Source: an uncultured cyanobacterium (lineage in GTDB: Bacteria; Cyanobacteriota; Cyanobacteriia; PCC-9006; JAAUQQ01). From it: DNA of 64,000 nt. The DNA lies in assembly GCA_963718615.1 (NCBI GenBank), contig OY970368.1:2112001-2176000 (forward strand), in the 5' to 3' direction. A program made the translations under genes and the position numbers. Positions 36,605-50,236 of the stretch are shown here, piece by piece. The notes beneath the pieces were generated by a model. It worked only from the letters and a program-made list of their open reading frames with translations. It had not been told where the DNA came from and searched no databases. How positions within the stretch are numbered: the first letter of the stretch is position 1; each line of letters opens with the position of its first letter.

Positions 36605-37621
36605 TCACGCCATTGCACTCCACCGCACCTGGATCGAACCATCCTGGGCAATGGTCGACTGATACTCGGGCCAGACGCCTACAGGCGTGCCCCGACGGGG
36701 CCGGACTCGAAACAAAAACGAGCCATTGGCCTCGGCAAAATAGGTTGTGGTCCGCTCAGAAAGCTGGGTCCAAGCGCTAGGAAAGCTCGCCCAATCATAG
36801 AGATTGAAATAAAAGTCAAATTGGTCCAACAAAGTCGGTGCCAATTCGATGTGTAGGGTTTGCTTGCGGTTGATTCCCCCATAAAAGAAGGTCGTATCCG
36901 GCGCACCCACGGGCAAATATTCCTGTCGAACCCAGGCTTCTGGGAGGCGATCGCGATATTTCAGCATCACATAGGTGTAATAGTGCAGACACAAATAAAA
37001 GCCCCTGTGGGGATAATCTTTTAGTTGTTGATAGAACAAATTCGTTTTTGGATCCGCCGAATGGGGGGGGAGTGGGGGCTGATCGTCAAACTGAACGGGG
37101 GGATAGGCGATCGCCTCCGCGCAGTCATAGTACCGAACCCCCAGCGTATAGCGTCCTGGGGGCAACGAGATCTTGACCCAATTTTGCTCTCCTTCCTGCT
37201 TCCCTCGATCATTTGGCTCAGCGTTGGACTGAGCCCCCCCGTCAAAGTCCTGGGAGTCCAAACTCTGAATCGTGGCATAGCTGGGAAAATCATAGACCAC
37301 TGCGACCCAAGACCGCGCCGACCGCTGAATCGTTGCGATATCGATCGCCAGTGTCTGCTCAACCTCAAACGGCCCCAGCGTCCCAATCACCGCATGGGTG
37401 TTCCAGCGGGGTCCCGTCGTCATCAGCACGGGCAGGGCAATGGGAATTTTAAGCGTATCCGCCGAGAGGACCCGCCACTGGAGCCGCGTTTGCCGTGACA
37501 GGTAGCGGATGTAAAAACGATTGATCACAGCCCGCATGACCCGGTAAAAGATCCATGACCCCAAGGCCCAGGGGGCCTCCCAAAGCAGTGATAAACCCAG
37601 CGGTAGACTGTCAAAGAACAT
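36605..37621 (-). CDS. DUF6208-like protein
   Basis: LMTTGPRWNTHAVIGTLGPF, LGVRYY, EYLPVGAP motifs recalled from this family. Confidence 0.6.
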   Translation of the reverse strand: MFFDSLPLGLSLLWEAPWALGSWIFYRVMRAVINRFYIRYLSRQTRLQWRVLSADTLKIPIALPVLMTTGPRWNTHAVIGTLGPFEVEQTLAIDIATIQRSARSWVAVVYDFPSYATIQSLDSQDFDGGAQSNAEPNDRGKQEGEQNWVKISLPPGRYTLGVRYYDCAEAIAYPPVQFDDQPPLPPHSADPKTNLFYQQLKDYPHRGFYLCLHYYTYVMLKYRDRLPEAWVRQEYLPVGAPDTTFFYGGINRKQTLHIELAPTLLDQFDFYFNLYDWASFPSAWTQLSERTTTYFAEANGSFLFRVRPRRGTPVGVWPEYQSTIAQDGSIQVRWSAMA

Positions 37622-37694
37622 GAACTTTTACCAGAGATTTGTTAGATAACGATAGGATCAGAAACAGTTTGACTAGTCCTGAATTGGGTTCTGC

Positions 37695-39779
37695 ATGAAG
37701 CGACGGCGGCGGCGGTATCGACATCGCAATCGCTCTCTCCAGGGAGGGCTATCGAAGATCTGGCATCAGGTGAATGAGGCGATCGCCTTGCTCGATGCCC
37801 AGGGGAAGTTTGTCGAGCTGAATGCGGCAACCGCTGTATTGCTGGGCGTGGAGGCCCAAGAGCTGATGGGTCGAGCGTTTCATGATTTTGTTGAAACTGA
37901 CCTGGATCTGCGATCGCACTATCGCGGCGCGGCTCCCAAAAATAAATATATCGGGATTCAGCGGGCTACCCATCCTAATGAAGAGCCTCAACTGCTGGAA
38001 TGGAGTCTGAGTCGAGAGGTCTTTCCGGGACAGCATTTGTTGATTTTGCGAAATATTAGCGATCGCAAAACCCAAGCGGAAACCGAACTGGCCCAGCAGC
38101 GGCAGCGCTCGGAGCTGTTTGCGGAGGTGACGCTCAAGATTCGTCAGTCGCTGCAATTCACGGAAATCCTGCAAACCACGGTGAATGAGGTCCAGCGCAT
38201 TCTCCAGGCCGATCGGGTTTTGGTTTATCAGGTGCTTGAGGATGGCACGGGTAAACCCATTAGCGAAGCTGTCTTGCCGGACTATCCAGCCATTCTTGGC
38301 ATGGAATTTCCCGAAGAGGTCTTTCCAACGGAATACCAGCGCCATTATGCCCAAGGTCGCGTCGTTGCTATTAGCAATGTGCGGGATCCCAAAGCTGGAC
38401 TGGCCCATTGCTTAGTCGAATTTGTCGAACAGTTTGACATCAAAGCCAAACTGATAGTGCCGATTTTGCAAAATCCTAACTCCCAAGCGACTCAATCCAG
38501 TCAACAGGCTCCCGTTGGGAATTCCAAGCGTCCTGTCCTCTGGGGATTGTTGATCGCCCATCAATGTCGCGATCGCCGCCAATGGACCGATGCCGAGCTG
38601 GCGCTGATGCAGCAATTGGCCGATCAAATCAGCATTGCCTTGGCCCAGTCTCAGTTGCTGGAAAATCTAGAGGAAATTGTCGCCGCCCGCACTGCTGAGT
38701 TGCGTCAACAAGAGGAGCAGCTCCGTCTGATTACCAATGCTCTACCTGTGCTGATTGCCTACGTAGACCGGACCAAGCGCTATCGCTTTAATAACCAAGC
38801 CTACGAAACTTGGCTGGGGCAGACGCCGGAATCCCTCCAGGGCAAGCGGCTGCGGACCGTTTGGGGGGAGGCCAGCTATGCCCAGATGGAAACGCCGATT
38901 CAGGCCGCGCTCGCGGGGGAGGTGATCACCTACGAAAACGAAATGATTGACCGGTTGGGGCGGATCCGAACCCTGGCCGTCACCTATATTCCCCATCTGG
39001 ATGACCAGGGGCAGATTCAGGGCTTTTTTGCCTTGACTAGTGATATTAGCGATCGCAAAGCCATCGAGCGCATGAAAGACGAATTTATCTCCGTCGTCAG
39101 CCATGAACTGCGCACCCCCCTCACCTCCATGCACAGCGCCCTCAAAATTCTCTCCACGGGGAAACTCGGCGTCCTCTCAGAAGATGGCCAGCAAATGCTC
39201 GAAATTGCCGATGACAACACCGAGCGCCTGGTGCGGCTGGTCAACAATGTTTTGGATTTACAACGCATTGAAGCGGGCGAAGTCACCATGGAGAAACAGC
39301 TTTGCAACGCCGCTGGACTGATTACCCAGGCGATCGAAGCCATGCAACCCATGGCCCAGCAGCTTGGCATTCGGCTCTTGAGCCAGCCGAGCGATTGCGT
39401 GATTTGGGCCGACTCGGACTACATGCTGCAAGCCCTGACCAATTTGCTCAGCAATGCCATTAAGTTTTCGGCGGCAGGGAGTACCGTTTGGATTACAACC
39501 GAATTACTGCCGCAAACCGAAGAAGTGCGGTTCCGGATCCGCGACCAAGGTCAAGGCATTCCTGAAACCAAACTCGAAAGCATTTTTGAGCGGTTTAAGC
39601 AAGTGGATTCTTCCGATGCTCGCCGTAAGGGAGGGACGGGGTTGGGGCTAACCATTTGCCGCAAAATCATCGAACAGCACGAAGGTAAAATCTGGGCCGA
39701 AAGCCAACTGGGCCAAGGCAGTACGTTTTTCTTTACGGTACCGACTCAGCCACGCACATGCGGAGGACGGCATGACTGA
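37695..39779 (+). CDS. rcaE: Green/red cyanobacteriochrome sensor histidine kinase RcaE
   Basis: GAF FPEEVFP..Y..G..AGLAHCLVEFVEQFDIKAKLIVPI...WGLLIAHQC closely resembles RcaE; PAS; SHELRTPL; GGTGLGL. Confidence 0.85.
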   Translation: MKRRRRRYRHRNRSLQGGLSKIWHQVNEAIALLDAQGKFVELNAATAVLLGVEAQELMGRAFHDFVETDLDLRSHYRGAAPKNKYIGIQRATHPNEEPQLLEWSLSREVFPGQHLLILRNISDRKTQAETELAQQRQRSELFAEVTLKIRQSLQFTEILQTTVNEVQRILQADRVLVYQVLEDGTGKPISEAVLPDYPAILGMEFPEEVFPTEYQRHYAQGRVVAISNVRDPKAGLAHCLVEFVEQFDIKAKLIVPILQNPNSQATQSSQQAPVGNSKRPVLWGLLIAHQCRDRRQWTDAELALMQQLADQISIALAQSQLLENLEEIVAARTAELRQQEEQLRLITNALPVLIAYVDRTKRYRFNNQAYETWLGQTPESLQGKRLRTVWGEASYAQMETPIQAALAGEVITYENEMIDRLGRIRTLAVTYIPHLDDQGQIQGFFALTSDISDRKAIERMKDEFISVVSHELRTPLTSMHSALKILSTGKLGVLSEDGQQMLEIADDNTERLVRLVNNVLDLQRIEAGEVTMEKQLCNAAGLITQAIEAMQPMAQQLGIRLLSQPSDCVIWADSDYMLQALTNLLSNAIKFSAAGSTVWITTELLPQTEEVRFRIRDQGQGIPETKLESIFERFKQVDSSDARRKGGTGLGLTICRKIIEQHEGKIWAESQLGQGSTFFFTVPTQPRTCGGRHD

Positions 39780-40161
39780 CCTTGCGATCGAGACTAAGCA
39801 GCTCTTAATTATCGATGATGAGGAGACGATCCAAACCGTGGTTAAGTTTGGCATTCAACTGACCGCCGGGTGGAAGATCCTCACGGCCAGTTCGGGGCCT
39901 GAAGGCATTCAGGTGGCCCAGCGATATCAGCCCGATGCCATTTTGCTAGATGTGATGATGCCTGAGATGGATGGTGTTGCCACGTTCAAAGCCCTGCAAG
40001 CAGATGCCACAACTCAGCTCATTCCGGTCATCTTTCTGACGGCCAAAGCCCAAGCTGCAGAAAAATCCCAGCTCAAAGCCCTAGGGGTTAGCGGTGTGAT
40101 CACCAAGCCCTTTAACTCCCTTGATTTGCCGGGGCAGATCGCCAAAATTCTTCAATGGTAA
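39772..40161 (+). CDS. rcaF: Single-domain response regulator RcaF
   Basis: Receiver only (IIDDE, LLDVMMP, FLTAK, KPF); overlaps the rcaE stop. Confidence 0.8.
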   Translation: MTDLAIETKQLLIIDDEETIQTVVKFGIQLTAGWKILTASSGPEGIQVAQRYQPDAILLDVMMPEMDGVATFKALQADATTQLIPVIFLTAKAQAAEKSQLKALGVSGVITKPFNSLDLPGQIAKILQW

Positions 40162-40168
40162 GCCGCCC

Positions 40169-43345
<3,177 letters not shown>

Positions 43346-43548
43346 TTACATTTACGTAATAAAAGGGCACCCCCTTTGAGAAAGATCCTCTACACTGATC
43401 GCAACTTAATGATCGCCGCTCGCCACTCGCACAGGATTGGGTTGCATTAGTTGCAGCGGTTTGAGTCCAGCAGGTTGAGTGCCGTGAGGTTGAGTACCGT
43501 ACTTGTGCCGACCTGTGCTGACTCACGATAACTGCATTGGAGAAAAAC

Positions 43549-43893
43549 ATGGCATATACCTTTAATCTGGTCGGTGTCTCCCCCTTGCTTGAGTTTTTTC
43601 AGCACGAACAGGCCCAAAGTCCAGAGCAATTCCCTCAGCTTCCTGCCTATGTCGGCGTGTCCAACTGCCTACTGGATGTCGTGCTCAATTCCGTCGAAGA
43701 GGTCGTGACGCAACGCCATTGGGACCTCGATGAAGCCGTGGATTCTGTCATTCAGTATTGGGTACACAACAAAGAAACGGTGGAACATTGGCGCGATCGC
43801 CTTCAGGATGCGGGCCAGCACCAATTGTTGATTGGGCGAGTGGCGAATTTGCGATCGCTTCAGTCAGAATTCAATCGCCTCCTGGGCCAGTAA
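43549..43893 (+). CDS. Hypothetical protein
   Basis: GGAG RBS before ATG; 114-aa ORF with plausible composition. Confidence 0.7.
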   Translation: MAYTFNLVGVSPLLEFFQHEQAQSPEQFPQLPAYVGVSNCLLDVVLNSVEEVVTQRHWDLDEAVDSVIQYWVHNKETVEHWRDRLQDAGQHQLLIGRVANLRSLQSEFNRLLGQ

Positions 43894-44118
43894 TCTTTTC
43901 TCTATCTTCGGGAGGATGACGAGTCCCGCTGCTCAACGGTGACAGAATTGATACAAAAGATCTCTTCCCGCACCGTCGTCTCTCCCTTTCATTAGAGTGT
44001 TAAGATTTTTCAATTAATGGATGGGGAGACTTGCAACCCGTTGCCTCGTTTTGACCGTCACATCGTTTCGACTTTGTTCCGGCTGTCTCCTCAGCTCCAA
44101 TCCTCCCAGGATAACGTC

Positions 44119-45555
44119 ATGAGTCCCTCTCCTCCCCAGCGGTCGTCAGGCCCGAGTCCTTCTGTCAACCGGCCTCCGACGGAGCATTCGGCCCCCCTTG
44201 ACCGCTCGGTTCCCTCGGTCATCTCGACCCGTCCCTCCAGGTTGCGTGGGTTGACCTGGGAACGCGGTTTGTTGCTGTTGATTTTGCTCGTGGGCGGAGG
44301 ATATGGCCTCTGGCAGTGGCTGGGGCCAAAGGCCGCTGGCCCTGGTGCGGGAGGACCTCCCGCCGCAATGCAAGGACCTCCGCCCCGCCCAGTGGTGACG
44401 ACGACGTTGCAGCGAGGGACTGCGGCCCAAACGGTTCAAGTTCTCGGCCAAGCAGAGTCTAGCGCCAGCACAACCTTGCGCAGCCAAACCTCGGGTATGA
44501 TTGAAAGCCTCTTGGTGAATGAAGGGGACGCGGTGGCGGAAGGGGATGTGATCGCGACGCTGAATGCCGCAGACCAGAAGCTGGCCCTGGCCCAAGCCCA
44601 GGCGCGCTTGGCCGAGGCTCAAAGTCAGTTGGCGGAGCTCAAAAGTGGTACTCGCAAAGAAGTGATTGCCCAGCGGCAGGCCACGGTGCAAGCGGCTAAA
44701 GCCCGAGAGGCCGAAGCCCGAGATAATCTCAAGCGGCTTCAGGCCCTCCGCAGTGAAGGGGCGATCGCCGAGCGGGGTCTGATTGAAGCGAGGGTCACGC
44801 TAGATACGGCGGTGAGCGATCGCCTCGGGGCCGAAGCGGCCCTGGCGGAGGCCAACGCTGGTCCTCGCTCCGATGAAATTCAAGCCCAATCGGCCAAGGT
44901 GGCAGCGGAACAAGCCGCAGTTCAGCAGGCCCAGCTTGAGGTCCAGCGAACCCAAATTCGCGCCACAGCCAGCGGCGTCGTCAGCCAGCGCCAGGTCACC
45001 ACCGGGGACTATTTGCGCAGTGCGGATCCCGTGATAACCCTGGTCGACAACCGTACCGTCGATATTTTTCTAGAGGTGCCCGAACAACTGGCAGGCAAAG
45101 TTCAGCCGGGGATGAGCGTTAAGCTGTCGTCCCGCGCCATTCCCGGTTGGGAAACCACCGCCAGTATTGATAGTCTTTTGCCCATTGCCAGTGCCGATTC
45201 TCGGCGGCGTCCGGCTCGGATTCGCTTGGCGGCTCCGCCCCCAGGTCTGTTGCCCGGTACGGCGGTGCAAGCTTCCTTTGCCATGCCCGGAGACAGCAGT
45301 GGCTATACGATTTCGCGGGACGCCCTCAGCCGTCGCGCCGATCAGTGGCTGCTGTTTGGGGTGCAAGAGGGCACCGCAGAACAAATTGAAGTCACGTTGG
45401 TGAGTGACCTGGGCGAAACCGTCATTGTTGATGGCGCAGGTTTATCTTCCGGCCAAACCATTGTCTTGAAGGGCAGCGATGCCCTGAGCGATGGCGCACC
45501 GGTCATGGTCGTAGAAGGACCCGGCAGCGCACCCCCCGCAGCGGCACAGCCCTAG
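44119..45555 (+). CDS. RND efflux periplasmic adaptor subunit
   Basis: TM anchor, G.IES..V.EGD.V..G lipoyl half-motifs, coiled-coil hairpin; start uncertain. Confidence 0.88.
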   Translation: MSPSPPQRSSGPSPSVNRPPTEHSAPLDRSVPSVISTRPSRLRGLTWERGLLLLILLVGGGYGLWQWLGPKAAGPGAGGPPAAMQGPPPRPVVTTTLQRGTAAQTVQVLGQAESSASTTLRSQTSGMIESLLVNEGDAVAEGDVIATLNAADQKLALAQAQARLAEAQSQLAELKSGTRKEVIAQRQATVQAAKAREAEARDNLKRLQALRSEGAIAERGLIEARVTLDTAVSDRLGAEAALAEANAGPRSDEIQAQSAKVAAEQAAVQQAQLEVQRTQIRATASGVVSQRQVTTGDYLRSADPVITLVDNRTVDIFLEVPEQLAGKVQPGMSVKLSSRAIPGWETTASIDSLLPIASADSRRRPARIRLAAPPPGLLPGTAVQASFAMPGDSSGYTISRDALSRRADQWLLFGVQEGTAEQIEVTLVSDLGETVIVDGAGLSSGQTIVLKGSDALSDGAPVMVVEGPGSAPPAAAQP

Positions 45556-45571
45556 GGCTAGGAGAACAGGT

Positions 45572-48500
45572 ATGAACTGGATTGAACGGATTGTCCGTTG
45601 GCGGCATGGCACGTTTGTGATTTTTGCGCTGATTGCTCTGTTTGGGGTGATTGCGCTATTTAATTTGCCGTTGGAACTGCAACCGGGGGGCGATCGCCCC
45701 GAGATCAGCATTTCCACCCCCTACATCGGAGCCGGACCAGCGGAGGTGGAAGACCTGATCACCCGACCGATCGAAGAGGTGATGGAAGAGGTTGAAGGGG
45801 TCCAGGAAATCACTAGCACCTCCCGCGCTGGCAGCAGCGCTATCAATCTGGAGTTTAAATGGGGCACAGACCCCGACGACAAGTTGATCGATGTGATCAA
45901 TAAACTTCAGCGCATTAATAATCTGCCTGCTGAGGCCGGTGACCCCAGTGTGGAAGTGGTGAGTACTAGCAGCAGTCCGATGATGTGGCTGGTGATGGTG
46001 CCCCGCGAAGGCCGTGCGGCGGATGCCAGCCGCTATCGGGATTTGGTCGATGATTTTGTGGAACCGGAATTGCGGCGCATTAACGGCGTCGGTAGCTTTT
46101 TGATTGTGGGTGGACAGGAGCGGGAGGTCGAGGTCAATGTTGACCCCCGAGCCTTGGCCGATCGCAATCTCAACATTACCCAGGTGATTAATACCCTGCG
46201 GCAAAATAACCGCGATATCCGGGGAGGACCGCTCACCGTCGGGCGGCGCGAGTATCGGGTGCGGACCGTGGGACGCAGTAACCAAGTTGAAGACTTGGAA
46301 AAACTAGCCTTGCGCCGGGATGAAAGAGGATCGGTCTTCCTGGGGGACGTCGCCCAGGTGCAGATGGGCCGCAAGGTCAAGCAGGATGTTTTGTTGTTTG
46401 ACAACCAAGAGTCGGTGGCCATCGGCGTGATTCGTCAGGTGGGGGCCAATGTGCCCAGCGTCTCCCAGGGAGTCCATGCCACGCTGGATCGGTTGCAGCA
46501 GCAATTTGATGGCCTGGATGCGGGGGTACAGTTTGCGATCGCCTACGACGAAAGCAGCTATATCGACCAGTCTCTCTCGCTCATGCGCGGTAATCTTTTC
46601 ACTGGCGCGATTCTGGCCATTGTGGTCCTGCTGCTGTTTTTGGGCTCCTTGCGATCGGTGGCGGTGATTGCCCTGACGATTCCGACGGCGATGGTGAGCG
46701 TCTTTTTGGTGATGACGGTGTTGGGGCGATCGCTCAACATCATCAGCCTAGCGGGTTTGGGCTTTGCGGTAGGGATGGTTGTGGACAACGCCATCGTTGT
46801 GCTCGAAAACGTCTTCTCCCATTTGCAAAAGGGTAAGCGCCCCATCCATGCGGCCATCGACGGCACGACGGAAGTGGGGGGAGCCATGCTGGGCTCGACG
46901 TTGACGACGGTGGCGGTGTTTGCGCCGATTGTTTTGGTCAAAGGAGAAGCCGGTCAACTGTTTACCGATGTGGCGATTACCCTGGCGACGGCGGTGATGT
47001 TTTCGCTGGTGACGGCGCTGACGCTGGTGCCCATGCTCTGTGGTTTGTTTCTCGATCGCCGCGAAGTCGAACTGCTGGAACAGGGAGCCGGGGCGGGACG
47101 CAATGTCTTTGAGCGGGTCGTTAGCCATGCTTCCGCCACATTTCAGGCGATTCAGGGACGGTTCGAGCGCTTTTTGCTCAATACCGCCTGTTGGTCCATC
47201 GGTGCGGGCCGTACATTGCGGCGTTTGGTGGTCTTAGCGATTCCCCTGGGGCTCTTGGCCGTTGGCTTTTTGCTGTTGCCCCCGGCGGATTATTTGCCCC
47301 AGGGTAACCGTAACTTAATTCTTTGGCTGGCGGAAACGTTGCCGGGAACGAGCGTGGAAGAGGCGATCGCCCTTTCCAATGGTCCCCGCTCTTTCGTAGA
47401 TGCTCAGCCCGAAGTGGCGGGTTCGTTCTTTGTCTATTCGCCCCGGTTCAAGGCCATGGGAATTTTCCTCAAGCCTGAATATGCCAATGGTAAAGGCTTA
47501 GAGCAGGTGGTGAACAAGCTCATTCCCCCGAGCTTTGGCTTTCCCGGCTATCGGTTTATGTTTCCAATTCGGATTTCGATTTTCCAGGATCCGGGGAAAG
47601 AATTTGAGGTCCGGATGTCGGGGCCGGATCTGGCCGAGCTAGAGCAGCTAGAGCAGCAGCTCACGGGGCAGTTGCAACAGCTTCAGGGGGTGGTGAATGT
47701 GCGATCGGACTATGTCGCAGGCGCACCCCAACTTGAGGTTTTGCCCAACCGTGTCCGACTTTCGGAGCTGGGTTTGTCTTCAGCGGATGCTGGCGCTTTG
47801 GTCGAAACGGCCCTCGGCGGTAGCTTGGCTTCCGATTTTGTCGAAGGAAATCAAGAAATCGATATCACCGTCAAGCTCAAGGACGCCACGGTCAACAACC
47901 CCAATGATTTGCGACAGCTCGCGATCTATAGCCCCAAGGGACAGCAGGTGCAATTGGCGGATGTGGCTGCGATTGTCGAAACGACGGGGCCGGATGTGAT
48001 CAACCACGTCAATTTGGAACGGTCGATTACGCTGACGGTTAGCTTGGCTCCCGATGCTCCCCTGGGCACCCTCGTGGAGCAAGCGGAAACCGAGGTCCTG
48101 GCCCCCGTGCGGGCAACGTTGCAGCCGACCTATCGCCTAGAACTGGCGGGCTCGGCGGATAAGCTGGCCGAAACCCTGGCGGATTTGGGCTCGACCTTTG
48201 TCTTTTCGCTGTTAATTATTTATTTGCTCCTGGTGGCGCTCTACCGCTCCTTTCTCTATCCCGTTGTGATTATGATGACCATTCCCATCGGCTTGACCGG
48301 TGCGGTCCTCAGCATTGTCCTGGCCAATCTCATACCGGGGGTTTCGGTGCCCCTCGATATGATCACGGGCCTTGGGTTTGTGATTTTGATTGGGGTGGTG
48401 GTTAATAACGCGATTTTGCTCGTGGACCGGGCGCTCCAGCTCCAGCGGGAAGAGGGGATGGACTATCACCATTCGCTGTTTGAGGCAACGCGCGATCGCC

Positions 48501-48775
48501 TCCGTCCGATTTTCATGTCCGCCGGAACCAGTGTTTTGGGCATGTTGCCCCTGGCGATTATTCCGGGAGAGGGGGCGGAGCTTTATCAGGGCCTCGGGAT
48601 TGCCTTGACGGGAGGACTGGCTTTTTCGACGCTGCTCACGCCAACAGTCGTGCCTGCACTGATGGGATTACTTCATGATCTCAACGGTAAAAATTTAGAG
48701 GCCGCCATGGTTTCCACAGACGAGGAATCGGAGACAAAGGCCCAGGATAGGGCGATGTCGAAGATAGCGCCGTGA
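45572..48775 (+). CDS. RND efflux permease (AcrB/AcrD/AcrF family)
   Basis: GMVVDNAIVVLEN, GVVVNNAILLVD, RLRPIFM; 1067 aa. Confidence 0.93.
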   Translation: MNWIERIVRWRHGTFVIFALIALFGVIALFNLPLELQPGGDRPEISISTPYIGAGPAEVEDLITRPIEEVMEEVEGVQEITSTSRAGSSAINLEFKWGTDPDDKLIDVINKLQRINNLPAEAGDPSVEVVSTSSSPMMWLVMVPREGRAADASRYRDLVDDFVEPELRRINGVGSFLIVGGQEREVEVNVDPRALADRNLNITQVINTLRQNNRDIRGGPLTVGRREYRVRTVGRSNQVEDLEKLALRRDERGSVFLGDVAQVQMGRKVKQDVLLFDNQESVAIGVIRQVGANVPSVSQGVHATLDRLQQQFDGLDAGVQFAIAYDESSYIDQSLSLMRGNLFTGAILAIVVLLLFLGSLRSVAVIALTIPTAMVSVFLVMTVLGRSLNIISLAGLGFAVGMVVDNAIVVLENVFSHLQKGKRPIHAAIDGTTEVGGAMLGSTLTTVAVFAPIVLVKGEAGQLFTDVAITLATAVMFSLVTALTLVPMLCGLFLDRREVELLEQGAGAGRNVFERVVSHASATFQAIQGRFERFLLNTACWSIGAGRTLRRLVVLAIPLGLLAVGFLLLPPADYLPQGNRNLILWLAETLPGTSVEEAIALSNGPRSFVDAQPEVAGSFFVYSPRFKAMGIFLKPEYANGKGLEQVVNKLIPPSFGFPGYRFMFPIRISIFQDPGKEFEVRMSGPDLAELEQLEQQLTGQLQQLQGVVNVRSDYVAGAPQLEVLPNRVRLSELGLSSADAGALVETALGGSLASDFVEGNQEIDITVKLKDATVNNPNDLRQLAIYSPKGQQVQLADVAAIVETTGPDVINHVNLERSITLTVSLAPDAPLGTLVEQAETEVLAPVRATLQPTYRLELAGSADKLAETLADLGSTFVFSLLIIYLLLVALYRSFLYPVVIMMTIPIGLTGAVLSIVLANLIPGVSVPLDMITGLGFVILIGVVVNNAILLVDRALQLQREEGMDYHHSLFEATRDRLRPIFMSAGTSVLGMLPLAIIPGEGAELYQGLGIALTGGLAFSTLLTPTVVPALMGLLHDLNGKNLEAAMVSTDEESETKAQDRAMSKIAP

Positions 48776-48936
48776 CATCCTCCCGACGCAGACCCTAAGG
48801 GAATGGAATGGACTCGAAAAAAGGTCAGTGGAAATGCTAAGGATTTCAAGAACTTCAGCACAATTGCTTACCTTCCTGGGGAATTTTCTGTATCGTGCTA
48901 AGTAGTTCCCGTCCAATCCTCAGTTAGCGATCGCCC

Positions 48937-50199
48937 ATGCACCCGCGCCAAACCCTCCAGGAGCAATTCTCGACCTTCGCCTGGTTTGAGAACGATACCT
49001 TCCGTTCTTGGAAAGGAGAACCTCGGCTCCGCCACAGCATGGCAAAACAACTGGAAAAACTGCCTCAGTATGGGGCTGCGACCCCAGAAAACGAGCGGTT
49101 TTGGTCCTTATCGTGGTATCGCTGCTGGCGCGATCGCTCCTCTGCCTCCACCCCTGCCCAACAGCATCTGATGGCTTATCTGCAAGAAGCCTGCTACTGG
49201 GCCGCCTACGATATTAATTGCAAGTTAAAGGGTCGAGGGGGCAGCACCGGAACCCATCGCTTGGCCGATTATTTTCAGATGGCGATCGCCGAAATCGAAC
49301 CGGCGCTAGAGAAATTTCGAGCCGACCAATTTAATAATCTCAAAGCCTTCGCTCAGGTTTTCCTCAGCCATCGCCTCAAAGGCGCGCTGCGCAGCCAGCG
49401 GGAAGCGGATTTCTGCTCCGACTGGGGACTACTGCGCAAAACCGGCACAAAACGAATCCTGGAAGCCATGGAACGGGCGGGGCTGAACCCAGCCGACGCG
49501 GAGCAATATCGCCTACTGTGGATGGGATTCCAAACCTTCTATGTGCCAACCCAGCCCAGCCGTTCTGCCCATTTGCCCGAGCCCGATGCCACGGTTTGGG
49601 AGGCGATCGCCACGTTCTACAACCAAAAACGCAGCGGTCAGCTCAGCCATCCCGCGCCCCAAACCACGGCCCGAGAAGCCCACAACCGCCTCAAGCAATT
49701 AGCCCAGTGGATTCGTCAGTACCTCTATCCTGTGACCCGTGGATTGGGCGGTGGGGAAGAGGGAGATGAGACGGGGGACGCTTGGCTAGATCGAAAGTTG
49801 TTGCAGAATCAGGGGACGGAGGATTGGGCAGAACCCTTTATTGAGATAGATGAGAAAGTCGAGCGCGATCGCCAACAACGAGACCTGCAAGCCCGTTTGG
49901 TCAACGCCTTTCATCAGCTCAATCCGCAGCTTCAGCAGATCCTCTGTCTCAAGTATCAACAAAAGCTTTCCCAGCAGGACATTGGCAAAATCATGGACAT
50001 GCCCCAGCCCACGGTTTCTCGCCGCCTCAATGCCGGTCGCCAAGCTCTGCTCAAAGCCATCGAAACCTGGATGACGGACCACTTGAATAAACGTCCAGAT
50101 CTGGACCAAATAAAAACTATTGCGACCCACCTTGAAATTTGGTTGCAGGTTTCCCTGCCGGAGCTCAACCTCTGCGCTTCATCGGAACCCCAGTCGTAA
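48937..50199 (+). CDS. Cyanobacterial sigma-70-like factor
   Basis: HL.AYLQEACYWAA, C-terminal region-4 HTH LSQQDIGKIMDMPQPTVSRRL. Confidence 0.75.
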   Translation: MHPRQTLQEQFSTFAWFENDTFRSWKGEPRLRHSMAKQLEKLPQYGAATPENERFWSLSWYRCWRDRSSASTPAQQHLMAYLQEACYWAAYDINCKLKGRGGSTGTHRLADYFQMAIAEIEPALEKFRADQFNNLKAFAQVFLSHRLKGALRSQREADFCSDWGLLRKTGTKRILEAMERAGLNPADAEQYRLLWMGFQTFYVPTQPSRSAHLPEPDATVWEAIATFYNQKRSGQLSHPAPQTTAREAHNRLKQLAQWIRQYLYPVTRGLGGGEEGDETGDAWLDRKLLQNQGTEDWAEPFIEIDEKVERDRQQRDLQARLVNAFHQLNPQLQQILCLKYQQKLSQQDIGKIMDMPQPTVSRRLNAGRQALLKAIETWMTDHLNKRPDLDQIKTIATHLEIWLQVSLPELNLCASSEPQS

Positions 50200-50236
50200 T
50201 CCCTGTTCCCGCCTTAACCTTCTGACGTTGAGAGCT